IMG/VR virus record: IMGVR_UViG_3300042298_003052
Span: 32,001 to 96,000 of that record
Source of the DNA: a virus
DNA: 64,000 nucleotides
Reading direction: 5' to 3' (one strand)
The notes under the pieces are model-generated. The model saw nothing but the letters and a program-made list of their open reading frames with translations. It searched no databases and was not told the origin of the DNA. Of the stretch, positions 19,680 to 32,100 are shown piece by piece. The stretch's first letter is position 1; each line of letters starts with the position of its first letter. A program made the position numbers and the translations under genes.

Positions 19680-19722
19680 ACTGGATGGTAACGCTTCCCT
19701 TTCGTTATCATCCAGTTTTTTT
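19680..19722 (+). terminator. Terminator-like hairpin abutting the next start codon
   Basis: CTGGATGGTAACG / CGTTATCATCCAG stem followed by T7 and then ATG 19723. Confidence 0.6.
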
Positions 19723-20100
19723 ATGAAAAGATTAACAACGATCGCTCTTTTAACACTAATATTTGCGATCTTCCCACATCAATCTGTTAAGGCACAAGAA
19801 TCGTTTTTAAGATTAGATAACCACTGTGAAGGACAACTGTACTTTCACAAGACTGTTTGCAAAGAAGTTTACCAGGATTACATAATTTGGTACGTTCTCC
19901 AAGATAACACGCTAGTAGGTATTATTGTATTCGATGATGCTTATAGCCTAAATGTCATTGAATCAGGAGAAAACTCCTATGTCATATTCTCAAAGGAAAC
20001 CAGTCAAATCATTACACAATCAGAAAACGGTTTCAGTACGATCTCACCCTATCGTGAAACATTTGAATATATTTTAAGTGCGATCGCGTCAGTACAATAA
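19723..20100 (+). CDS. Hypothetical exported protein
   Basis: Sec signal peptide MKRLTTIALLTLIFAIFPHQSVKA/Q. Confidence 0.6.
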   Translation: MKRLTTIALLTLIFAIFPHQSVKAQESFLRLDNHCEGQLYFHKTVCKEVYQDYIIWYVLQDNTLVGIIVFDDAYSLNVIESGENSYVIFSKETSQIITQSENGFSTISPYRETFEYILSAIASVQ

Positions 20101-23100
20101 TCCGTTCGGTCGTTTCTGTTCAGTTAATACTTGGAATACTGCGGCTCTGACCTTCTGAGAAAGATCTCTTGCTGCCTTATTATCTTTCTCAGGATTATTA
20201 CCATCAGAGTTGATCGTGATGGGTACGGTAACAGACGTGCTACCCCCGCTAGGAGCCTTGATAGCAGGCGTACTAAACGAACCGCCTACGACACCCCCAT
20301 TCTTAAAGTTAAGCACGTTCTCGTCCACGCCATAGCGCTTAGCGATCGCTTGTTGCTGTCTGTTCAATACCCATTCTCCAGGTGATACCACAGCTAACCT
20401 AGCTTTTGGATTACCTTCGCGTTTTAATGCCTGTCCTATAGCTTCTGTAGAAGCTAACTTATCCAATGTTGACTGCGATCTTCCTATAACACCACCTTTT
20501 GCAAAGTTCTCTATACCTAAACCTGTATCAGTTTTTATAACACCACCATCTTTGAAGAACATCCCTAGTATCGTGGATAATAAAGACTGGAATACACCTC
20601 CTATACTGAATCCTCCTTTAGATACCGCTGTGCTACTAGAACCTGAAAATACACCCATCACAACAGAACCGAGTTGAGCCCCGCCGCGATCTGCTCCAGC
20701 TTCTATAGCACTTTGTATAGACTGAGCACCGTTTTCAAATGTAAGATCAAAACCACCTAAGTCAAATAAACCTTCAGAAATGGTACCTAAAGCGTTTGGT
20801 GTTTGTATGGATACAGCCGCTTGTTGTATTGCCTGAGCCCCTAATTGTAATGAAGATAAAACCATCTCACCACCTAATCTTAATGACGCTGAGGCTTGTT
20901 CTGCCCCTGTTGTTAACGTAACATCTTCTGTACTAGCACCGAATAAAGATTTTCCATATTCTGTTAGACTTGGATCTCGTATTTCACCAGTAGAAGGGAA
21001 TAAGTAAGAACTATAATCCATTGCGCCTTGTAACAGTGGATTATATCTAGGGGTCTGCATTAGTACATTAGGATCTTCTTCGGGCGATCGCGATCTGCTA
21101 GTTCCAAAAAGCATTTCTATAATACCGTTACCAGTATCACTAGATATTCCAGCAGCACCACCGAATATACCTGCAAACAGATTATTGGTTAGCATTTCTG
21201 CTGCCAAGTTCATCAGATTATCTATTAAACCGTTGACAAAATCGTTAAAGGCTTCTCCTACTGTTTTGGTACCTTTCATAAGATCGCTGAATAGTCCTTG
21301 AACTGGACCTCTTACGTTCTTTATGACATCGGGTAACATTGAGGCTTCTTGCCTTATCTGATCCATTTTGATGTCGTTTATCTTTGATAAGGATTCGCTC
21401 ATAGCTTTGAAACCCTCATCTGTGAGTTTCCCAGCATTTTTTAGTTTTTCTAATTCTAATATGGCATTTTGATAATCTAAGCGTTGCATATCCAACAAGA
21501 ATGGTAACCGCTCTTGTTTCATAGCTTCCGTTGGACTAGCACCAAATGCGCCTAGATAAGCGTCTTGTGCTCCCATTAAATCTGTTACTCCTCCAGGGCC
21601 AACAAGAGGATTTCTTGATTGTTCTATTTGATCGGCTCTAACTTGTAAAGCTTGTTCTAGCTCTAATGTTTGTAGTTTTAATTGGGCCGTTTCTTCTATT
21701 AATAAACGACTTCGTTCTCTAGTCTCCTCTGTTAGACCCTTACTACCTTCGTATAAATCGAATATTTGACTTTCTAAATCTTGTTGTATTTTAAGAGCTT
21801 CAATTTCATAAGACAGGTCTCTAGCGTTTCCTGCTTCCCCTGTTCTATTTAATAAAGGTGTAAGAGCTTCCACATTAGCAGCTCTTTGTTCTAACAAAAA
21901 TGATGAATTGTTAAGTCTTAATTGTTCAGTATTTCTATCAATATTGTAACCTAATATCTCTAACGCTAAAATTTGACGTTTAATAGATTCTGCTAATAGC
22001 TGGTCATAGCGATCTCTATCTAATCCGCTATTTAACTGTTCTTTTAAGCCAAATTGATACTCTTTCTCTTTTTGTATTATATCAGCAGCATCAGCTTGTT
22101 TTTCTAACTCTTCTGCCAGCGCCTGCTCTCCATCATTTCTTAACAATTCAGCCTGTTGTCTTAAATTTTCACCAGTTAGTTCAGTTAACTGATTAATAAA
22201 CTCCATATAGCGTCTTTCTTCTTCCATCTTGTATTCTTCTGAAATTTTTAGTAAAGCCTCTCCTTCCATAGCGGTTAGATCAGCTAAGTTCTTTCTAAGA
22301 ATATCTATAAGTGGTTGTTTCTGAGATATTATCTCTCTGAAACCCTCTTCAATTCGTCTTACATCTTCTTCTTTGGCTCCAGCCTCTATAAGTTGGTTGG
22401 GCATGGTTTCTAATAACTGTGTTACGGCATCTATGTCGTTTTGAGCATCTTCGATTTGTCGTTGTAATTCTATACGACGATCTTCTATATCTCTAGATGC
22501 CATATCGAGATCATATTCAAGTTGAATTTCTGGCGTCATCCTGAATTCTGGTATACTTTGATACTTGCGATCTCTGTCTTGTCTTTCTTGTTGTAGCTTA
22601 GCATCTTCCGTCCCTCTCTTAGCAGTTATTCCTTCTCGATTAACTTCAGAAAACATACTATCTATTTGAGCGTCGAATCTTTCATCTGCTAACGCTTTCA
22701 TTTGTTCAATCAATTTTATTTGATCGTTAGCGTTCTGTTGTAGCATGTTTACATACTTTTGATTTTCTGATAACAATTGGTTAGAACTTTGTGTATAACT
22801 ACTTACATCTAAAGTTGTAGCACTACTACTGGTTGTTGTCGGACGCGATCTGTTGATATAGCCTGTTACATTACTGATAGCTTGGGTAGTATATTTATTA
22901 TCTGGTCGTAATTCTTCTGCTCGTCTAAAATTGATCAATGCTGATTGGTAGTCCTTTTTCTCAGTCAGAGCATAACCTTCGCGCATGAATCTTTCAAATT
23001 GCTCTTTCTCTGACATGAGTTCATTCATACCGATGCCGCTATCACGAAGGAATTGTTCAGCTCGTTGACGGTGATCGCCTTGTCTGAATCTCGGCGCAGC

Positions 23101-26100
23101 GTTTCTTACGGTAGTTTGATTACTATCCTTACGATTCCAATAACTTTCTCCAGCTTGACCAGCTAATATTGCTGAATAGGCGTGTCGTATATCATGTTCA
23201 CCAGGTCTGAAACCGCGATCTAGCAAATATCTTTCTATAGCAGGCATTTGTTGAGCTATACTTTGTTGGGTATTGGTTCCATATTTACGTTGGTTATCAG
23301 GACTGAATTGGATCAAACCCTTATATAAATTATTATCACCTCCTCGTATGTTAGGGTTGAAAGATCCTGCTGATTCCCAAGACATAAGAGCGGCAAATTC
23401 TCTTGGATCTAATCCTAAACGTTGAGCTGCGGCTATCATAGCTTGTGCCCCAGCAGGGTCGCTTTGAACTCTTTCTGCGGTTCTTACCGTGCCACCCATA
23501 GGTATTCTACCCGGACCCATACTAGCCACTCTAGAGGCCACTGGGGCGTAGTTTCTAAACATCTCTACCCCAGACTGTTGAGGCGTGCTCTGAGCTGTTC
23601 TAGAGGCCGGTTGTGATATAGGATTAATATTGACATTTACGCCCTGTAAGTTACGTGCAACTCCACCACCGGCGTTCATAGCAGCTAACCACTGTTGAGC
23701 GTCTACGAACTGACCATTAACTTTCACCTTCATATCGAGATGGTGTTGTATTACTTCTCCAACGAGCTGTCCCATCGATACATTGGTGTTCTCTCCTATG
23801 CCTATACCTAAGGCTTTTTTAACAGATTCTAATTCTAAATGATTAAATTGCAAATCAATAGGTATGCCTTTAGCGTCCTGAGTCGTTATTCTCACTTGGA
23901 CAGCATTACCTCTATCACCCTTTTGTTCAGCTATGTCTATTACCCTAGCCGTACCAGAAAAAGGAGCTGCTACATCAGCACCTCTTCCTCCTCCTACTTT
24001 TGAATCCCAGTCTATACCAGCATGATATTCTTGTCGTCCATTTCGTGTTCTACCAGCCCTGAACGATTGTCCTTCAGTAGGTTTATAACTTACTAATGAC
24101 TCTATAGATTGCCCCATCAATGGAGAAGCTACGTTTCTACCATTTGTACCTTGACTACCAATAACACCTTGATCTATTTGAGGTATACTTAATGCAAATT
24201 GTTCATTTTGTCGAAGAGTATTGAATAATTGATTCATAACATCCATTTTCTGTTTTAAGAAATCAGATGTGCTTTTTAATTGTTCTCCTATGACATTGAT
24301 AAATCTTTCTAATATGTTCATCATGCCACTGAAGTGATCGGTTCTCAATTTACCCATAGTACGAGTTATCGTATTACTGGCATTAGCAACTTTGCGATCG
24401 TTTTCAAATTCCTTAAAACTGTGAGCGATTTCTTCAGTTTGTTGACCCACCTCTATCAACATATCTTCCAGTTGACGACCCATTTGCCATAATTGTTCTT
24501 CTAACTGTCTTTTAGTAGTTTCTAGTTCTGCTACTAATTGATCTGTTTCTAGTCCCGTTTGTTCAAATTTTTGTCGTACTTCTACTAAATTTGTGAGGGT
24601 CTTGCTTAAAGAAGAATCTTCTCCTATATTATCTATGGCAGCTTGTATATCAGCCGCCGTAGCATTCATTGCTAAATTAGCGTTTTCTAATGCTTTTATG
24701 TATTCAGGATCATAAGCAATAGTTTCTAGTTTTTGTAAAGAATCTCGATTTATAGCTATTTTTTCAGAGGTCATTTGTTGTTGAACAAGATTCTGTGTAC
24801 CTTCTAACAAACCTGAATTACCAGGAGCAACAGATCTCATCAAAAGAGCGTTCTTTTGTGCTGATCTCATTTCCAAATTATAATAGGCGTTTTCCATTTC
24901 TGCGTTAACAAGTCTAAATCCTCTAGCCAATAGATCAAGTCTGGTTACTGTATTTGCTATACCGGAATTTATTTTATCAATAAGCGATTTAGTAAGTTTT
25001 AAATCTGATTCAAGTGTTGCAATATTGCCCTGCAATGATTCTCTACGAATATTATCTTCTTCAGAATCTCCCAGTCTTGCTAGTTCTTCTTTTCTTAACT
25101 TAATAGCAGATTTGATATTCTCTTCTGATAACTGTAGGTTTGCTAGTTGTTTACCAACGGGGATATATAATTTTTCTCTTTCTGCTATCAGATTATTTAT
25201 CTGTTCGTTTAAGTCTCTTTGTTTTTCTACATCTTCCCTAGAGGTTCCTTGGAGTTCTTGTTGAGCACTCTGTAACCGCACATCCAGATCTATTATTTCT
25301 TGTAATTGTTGACCAGGTTTATTACCAGGATACAAAGTGGTCCTGGCCTCTTCATATATTTTACCTGAATAAGATTGCAGATCGTTTATAGCTATGTCTG
25401 CCTGTTCAGCTTTCACATCCTCCCATGTCCTGCTTAAATCTAAACCTATATTTTTCAAACCTCCTAAAGCTAAACCTATTGGGTCTGTATAATCTCGAAT
25501 GTCGTTTCCATCAGTTATGTTACCGATAAAACTTTGTGTTCCTCTTTCAAATATACGTGAAGCCTTATCCCCTATTAGACCACCAAAGAACGTATCTTCA
25601 AGTAAAGATTCTCCACTGATTAATCGTTCTAATCCTGAACTTATCCCTATACCATCTTTAAACGCTTCAAAAAACTTTTTAGCGGAATTACTTATATCGA
25701 CTATCTGTTTAATTCCTGTTACGGATTTCAATACGTTTCCGTATGATTCTCTGCTACCATCTATATTACTAACCGATTCAATAATATCTCCGACGTAACC
25801 TCCTAGTCCACCACCAGTAAATAATTCTTTGATGGCTGTTACACCTCCAGACTCCTTAAACACCTTAAAACTGGGTTGTTCATTAAACTCTTTTGTTTTT
25901 TGACGAGCATCTTCTAATGTTTTTGTATAATCTTCCCACGCTTTTTTATTTGAGTCAGCAAGATCCTTAGCACCTCCGGAAGCGTCTCCGAAACCTTTAC
26001 TGAAAATCTTAAACACGTCCGTGGCCACAGTTATGACAGCAAACCACGTTAAGAAACTCTTACCAAATGTTATTAATTCTTGCTTCATTCTAGTAAACAA

Positions 26101-29100
26101 ACCAGAAAACGATTCGCCAATCAACGCGATCGTTTGGTTCATTCCTGCAAATTTAACAAAAAATTTGGCTAGTTCTTGTACGAGGGTAGCACTTATTGTT
26201 ACCAACAAAGCGGTAAACACGACGCTAAGTGCTACAACATTTTCTCTTAGTATTTGAATACCTTTGGTTGCTATGTTAAGTCCGACAACTCGAATAGGGA
26301 TTGTGGTGTTACCATATCCTTGTTGGAATAACGTAATTTCATTATTTAATTTATTTATGGCCGTTTGGGCGCTTCGTGCGCTACCTGACACACCCATAGC
26401 GGTTTCAGCACTTAGTTGTTGTGCAAATTTAGGTAATAGATCTTCGGCCATAACTTCTCCGGCTTGCATCATTTTACCTAATTCTTGTGTAGTAACACCC
26501 ATAGCCCGCGCTGCTACAGATATAGACCCCGGTAAAGCTTCTGCTAATTGACCTCTTAGTTCTTCCGCAGAAACTACTGTCTTGTCCATCATCTGACTCA
26601 GTGCAGTGAAAGCTTGCTGTTGTTCCTCTGGAGTCATTTGATAAACTACAGCAGCTTGTGATATAGCTGAAAATATTTGACGAGTGCCTTCGCCTTCTAG
26701 TCGTGTACCTTGAGCACTAGCTCCTAATTGGGCGAAACCTTGCATACTTGATTTCAAGTCTCCTCCCAAACTTATAACTTTATTCCTTATCAAATCTATG
26801 TTTTTAGCCCCTTCGCTCGCTGATCCAGAGACAAAATTAATTGTCGTGGCCATGTTTTCGAGTTCTACAGCAGTTTGAAAAGCGGCTTCTTCAAATGAAA
26901 ACAATGTTCCTACGAGTGGTACTACAATATAATTGAAAAACAAAAACCCTTTGGTGATGCTCATCATAGCAGGAATATTTTGAGACAATCCCTCAAATAC
27001 TTCACCCAACGATCTACCTAATTTTGGTACAAACGTTGCCATGTTTTTCATAGATTCCATAGAATCCAACATGAATGCGTATGCAGGCCCTATAACAGGT
27101 ATTTCAGCTTCCGGGCGTTCTCCTGAAACACTGAATGGCATAAAAGATTCTTCTGGTGGTGTTTTTGCCCATTCTTTTATGTCATTTACGGTTTTTGTTT
27201 TAAGACTTTTTATACTTTCCCTAACATAGTTGATACCATCAGATATACCGTTAGATATACCTTCACTTATAAACCTACCTATCTTTATTGCCCATTCAGG
27301 AGGGCTTTTTATATCAAATGTGCTATGTGTTATATCTATAACAGCTTCTGCCATATTCATGGCGGCATTAGTCGCTTCTCTGCTACTATTATTTATGCCT
27401 ATTGCTATACCAGACCCTAACTCAGATCCTATATTTTTACTAGCGGGTAATATATTTTCTGTTTTCGTGTTGTTATAACGCTGATAAGATCTTATTATAT
27501 CCCGAGTATATTGATGAGAGAATCCATAGGCGTCTCTTTCTAGTTTATTGATGTAATGTGGATTTATATCAATACCTTGTTCTTTTGCAGATTTTTTTGC
27601 AAGTTCTACAGATCCTGCTATATTACGAGCATATTCGCGATCCGATTCTCTATTATATGACGGTGTTAAAAGAAGATTTCTTGAGTAAGGATCATTTATC
27701 TTTTGAAATCCAACTTGTGCGGCATGTCGTATCTCATGTACTATTGTATCCATTGCTTCAAACAAGGAAATTATATCTTCAGTTATATTAGAATATTTTT
27801 TGTTTACTGTTTCGTAAGCTAAATCTAACTCGTCGTTATAATCATTATAAATATCATCACTAGTGTTGTTATTTAAACGTTTATATACCTCTCTCACTTC
27901 ATCTTCAATAACTTTGAGACTAATAGGTATATCAAGACCTTTTATATCATGTAAGGATTCCAACGCCTCTTCGGTTTCATCATCCAAAAAGATTGTGTTG
28001 TATTCTGGTAAATAGGCTCCTCCTGCTCTAGTTCCTAATAATTGCATAGATGCATTTTTAGCTGTGGGCATCTCTTTTACTTCTACATCGGAAAGCGCTG
28101 CTATTTCTGTAACTAGTTCTTCAAACACTTTTCTTGCTTTAGGCGTAATGTCGTCTAAAGTATCTATAATTTCTCCTATATTTCTAGTTACTTCGTTAGA
28201 CATGTCTTCGTCAAATGAATCTTTTGTATTTCGATCAACGGACCATAACGGTTGTATTTTATTGTTTTTAACTTCTTCTGCTTTTACATCGATCGTGTTT
28301 GTATGTGTTTTTAACAAATAAGCTTGTTGATAAGATTGACTTTGACGTAAACGATCGAATCTCATAACAGGCCCAGAATTTCCGGGTTCTAAACCTTTTA
28401 TTGTCTCACCTAGTTCGTGTACTCGTGCGATAAGAGACGGGGTTATACCTTCTTCTAGATAACGAGTAAGTATTTCTCGTATCTCGTTAGATTCATCTAG
28501 ATAATGAGGACTGAAATGCCCTTTCACATTAGGTATAATAGCCTCTTTTTGTCCAGTAAATCTCTTTAACGGATCTCCTTCTCCAATTAAAGATATTACG
28601 TCTGATTTAATAGCTTGAAATGCTCCTAGTAAGGGAGTACCCATACTTAAAGCTTCTGAAATAATTCCTATATTTTTAAGTATTTCTTGGGCTTCTCTAA
28701 CTATAAAACCTCCAGCAGAATGTCCTACAAAACCTATTTCAACATCTGGACGTTCTTGTTTAACGGCATAGGCTTGTTTAGCAAGACGGAGAGCTTCTTC
28801 ATTAATACCCTTTCTAACAGCCTTCATGGGCATAATGATCGCATCCATTACGACCCTTGTCAAACCTACATCATTTAAGGTTCCAGAAACATCAAAGTTT
28901 TTATTCTCGAAAGGGATCGTGTGAGTCCCTTGAGGGATCATCGGTTTTAGTTTGTCTGTTATTTCGTTACTGATTCTACCTTTTGTGCCAGTAAAACCAG
29001 ATGATACAAATATAATCTTTTTAGCATCGGCAGGGATTTCATGAACGACAGGATGAATGTCAGAATCAGGAGGTTCAGTTAGAACTCGTCGAGCGTTAGA

Positions 29101-32100
29101 ACGTACATCTTCTTTGTACTTGGTGACAATAGTTTCATTGGGATAATTAACAATTCTTCCTACTGCCGTTCTTGCGCTCTGAACGGCTTCTGAAGTGTTC
29201 TCTAACTGACCGGCAAGAGTTAATGCCTCATTAATAGAATCTCTCAATATTGTCAACTCGTCTTTTATTACTGACATATCAAAGGCTTTTCTTAAATTGC
29301 CCTGATACATATCAGCCATCAAGTATAGATCTTCTGCAAGCTCTTTCAAAATTGAGCTTATGTTCAAAACTTTTTTAACTGCATCAGAATTTGATTTAAT
29401 ACCTTTAATCAAACCTGCTACAACCATTTTACCAAAATACTCAGTTACTTTGGAAGGACTTCTAGTTTGAAGACCCTTTGCCATCGGGTCAATAATTCCA
29501 GTCTCAACAAGACGGGTAGCCTCAGCTTTTAAAGCATTAAAACGATCGCTGAATCCGACAGGATATCCATCTATAGTTTCTTGACCTAAACTTCTAGTTA
29601 AATCAGGACGTTCTATTTCTCTAGTATTGATTTTCTCATTAGCTCTATTTTTGGCTTGAGTAGCCTGACCTTTAGCAGCTCGTGCTAAGTTTGTAAATGG
29701 TGTAGTAGCACGGTCCCCTAAAACTTTTTGTAAATCGTCTATAGCTTTCCAAGCTTCGTCCGCAGTTTTAATAATTTCAGCAGCAGCTATTTTTTGTTCT
29801 TCTCTAGAATATCGATTTTTTTTATTCTCCACTATACGACGAAGATCAGCAAAATCTTCACTGATCTTTTTAACCATTTTTTGGTAGTCAGGCGGCGGTT
29901 GAGCAGCAGTTAACTGACGAACTTGTTGTTGGGATAATGAAGGTAACTCAGCAAAGTTACTAAAATCTTGAATAATTTCAGCATCAATAATGTCAGCATC
30001 TTGAGATCGAATATCGTTTAGAAAACTAGCTAATTCTCTAAGTTTATTCTCTATCTTAACGATCTGAGATTTAAGATTTGCTAACTGATTAGGTGCTAAA
30101 GGTTTCATACGATCTTGTGGTGATATTGCGACGATCGCCTCATTAACCTCTGTTAATAATCTATTGACATATCCTTGATCATTACCAGTATCATCTCCGG
30201 CTAACAACTTTATTTTTTGAATGATCGATTCATCTGGTTCACTAGAAACTAGAGCCGTCTGTATACTAGTAATCATATCTTTGGCCGCACTTAATTTTTT
30301 ACGGGATCCTTCTATAAATTCATTGGCAGCAGGCTGTGCGCCAGATAGTAGTTTGCCAGCAGATTTAGTTAGTTGAGCAAGAGCTGTTGCGGCAGAGATA
30401 CTTTTTTGAGCTAATTCAGCAATTGCCGCCGCTCCATCTTCAATACCAAGTGCGGAAGCTCTAGCAATTTGTTCTGGACCAATATCAGATATCTTTTCGA
30501 TAATGGGAGCATTAGCATCAAGCGAATCAGGATCTCCAGGTACTCTACGCATTATTCTATTTACTGCCGCCACAAGACGTGTTTCTGCCGCGATGGCCAT
30601 CGCTTCACCTGTTGACTCAGCGATATTAGTAAGACCCTCGCCAACGCCTTGCAAGAAAGATATGGCCATTTCAGAACCAATTGCAACGGCTTCCTCCGTA
30701 GACACCGTTACAGATGATCTTACCTCTCTAAGATCCGGTAGAGGTGTAGGTGGAGGTGATATGAGATTAGCGACGTAAGATTGAGTACCTAGAGTTGCTT
30801 GAGATTGTCTTGTTTTACGCTGATTCCGTTCCGCGACACGCTGAGACGTTTCAGGATCTAATCTAAGATTAGGTTGTACCTGATTGTTTATAAAATCAAC
30901 TAGCGTTGATGATATCTTCGTAGGATCAGGTGCGCGATCGAATGTACGAAGACCACCCAGTTCACCACCCTCTTCATAACCTTGAGCGACTAAGGATTCT
31001 AAATCTAATCCTTCGATCAGTTCAAAACGTCCGAGTTCTTTAGCTATAACTCGTCTAATTCCTTCCCATGCTTTGCGAATACCTTCTTTACGATCTTCTT
31101 CAATCGCTTTGGCCCATTCTTCCAGAGCCTTTTCTTGTTCTTTTGCTGACAATTTTTCAAACTCAGGCATTTTATCGGGTTTGATTATACTACGTCCATA
31201 ATCGATAGGAACCACCTTTCCTTCGTCTGATACAAAAACATTACCTGGATGATAGTCTCCGTGGGTCACACCTTTTTCATGAAGTGCTCTCAACGATGCT
31301 CCAGCCTGTTTAGCATACGCTGATACGTCATCTTTTGTCATATCTTTATTAGCAAGGTAGTCTCGACCTTCTTGACCTGCTATTGCTCGTTGAATAATAA
31401 AATCATCGCCCGACGCAAGAACGTCTGGAGCGACACCTTTAGCAATTTCCATAGCCTGAGCCTCACTAGCCATGCTGACAGCATTTTTAGCTAGTTTGTA
31501 AACAGCATCTTTGTTAGCATTTATAAAAGCGATACCTTTTGCCCCCTGTCCTAATATATATGCCATATTAGGATCTATTTTAGCTGATGGCTTACCCATA
31601 TCCTCAAGGGTCTTATTCATACCGCTAAGACGTTCCATCCAAGGTTCTGTAGCAGGTTGAGTATATTTCTTGGTTTGCCACTTTGTTTTAGGTGCATCAG
31701 GATCTCTAGGTGTTGGTCCTCGCATCCCGGTGGGAGGACCAACACCCTCTTTATAAGCTTTATTAAATATATCTTGTATATTTATCCCTTCAAGCAAAGG
31801 CATTTTTCCTTCTTTTACTAGCTTTAAAAGAAGCTCCATTGTTTTTTCGGTTCCTTCAGGAACCTTTGCCAAAATTCGCATAAAAGCTTCTTCGATTCTT
31901 TCTGGTGCTCTTTCGGCATCAGCTTTTATTTGTTCTTTAGAAGCGTTTACCTTGGCAGCACCTAAATCGATAGTTTTCATGCTTCCATCTTCCATCACAA
32001 AGATGTTACCTGCATGATAATCTCCGTGAGTAACTTTTTTTTCGTGTAGAGACTTGAGAAGTTTAGCTGCACCTTCTACATATTGAATGATAACTCCTTG

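Noticed and set aside
19592-19722. Known c-di-GMP, c-di-AMP or glutamine riboswitch
   Set aside because: Their conserved motifs could not be matched on either strand; kept only as an unknown structured element
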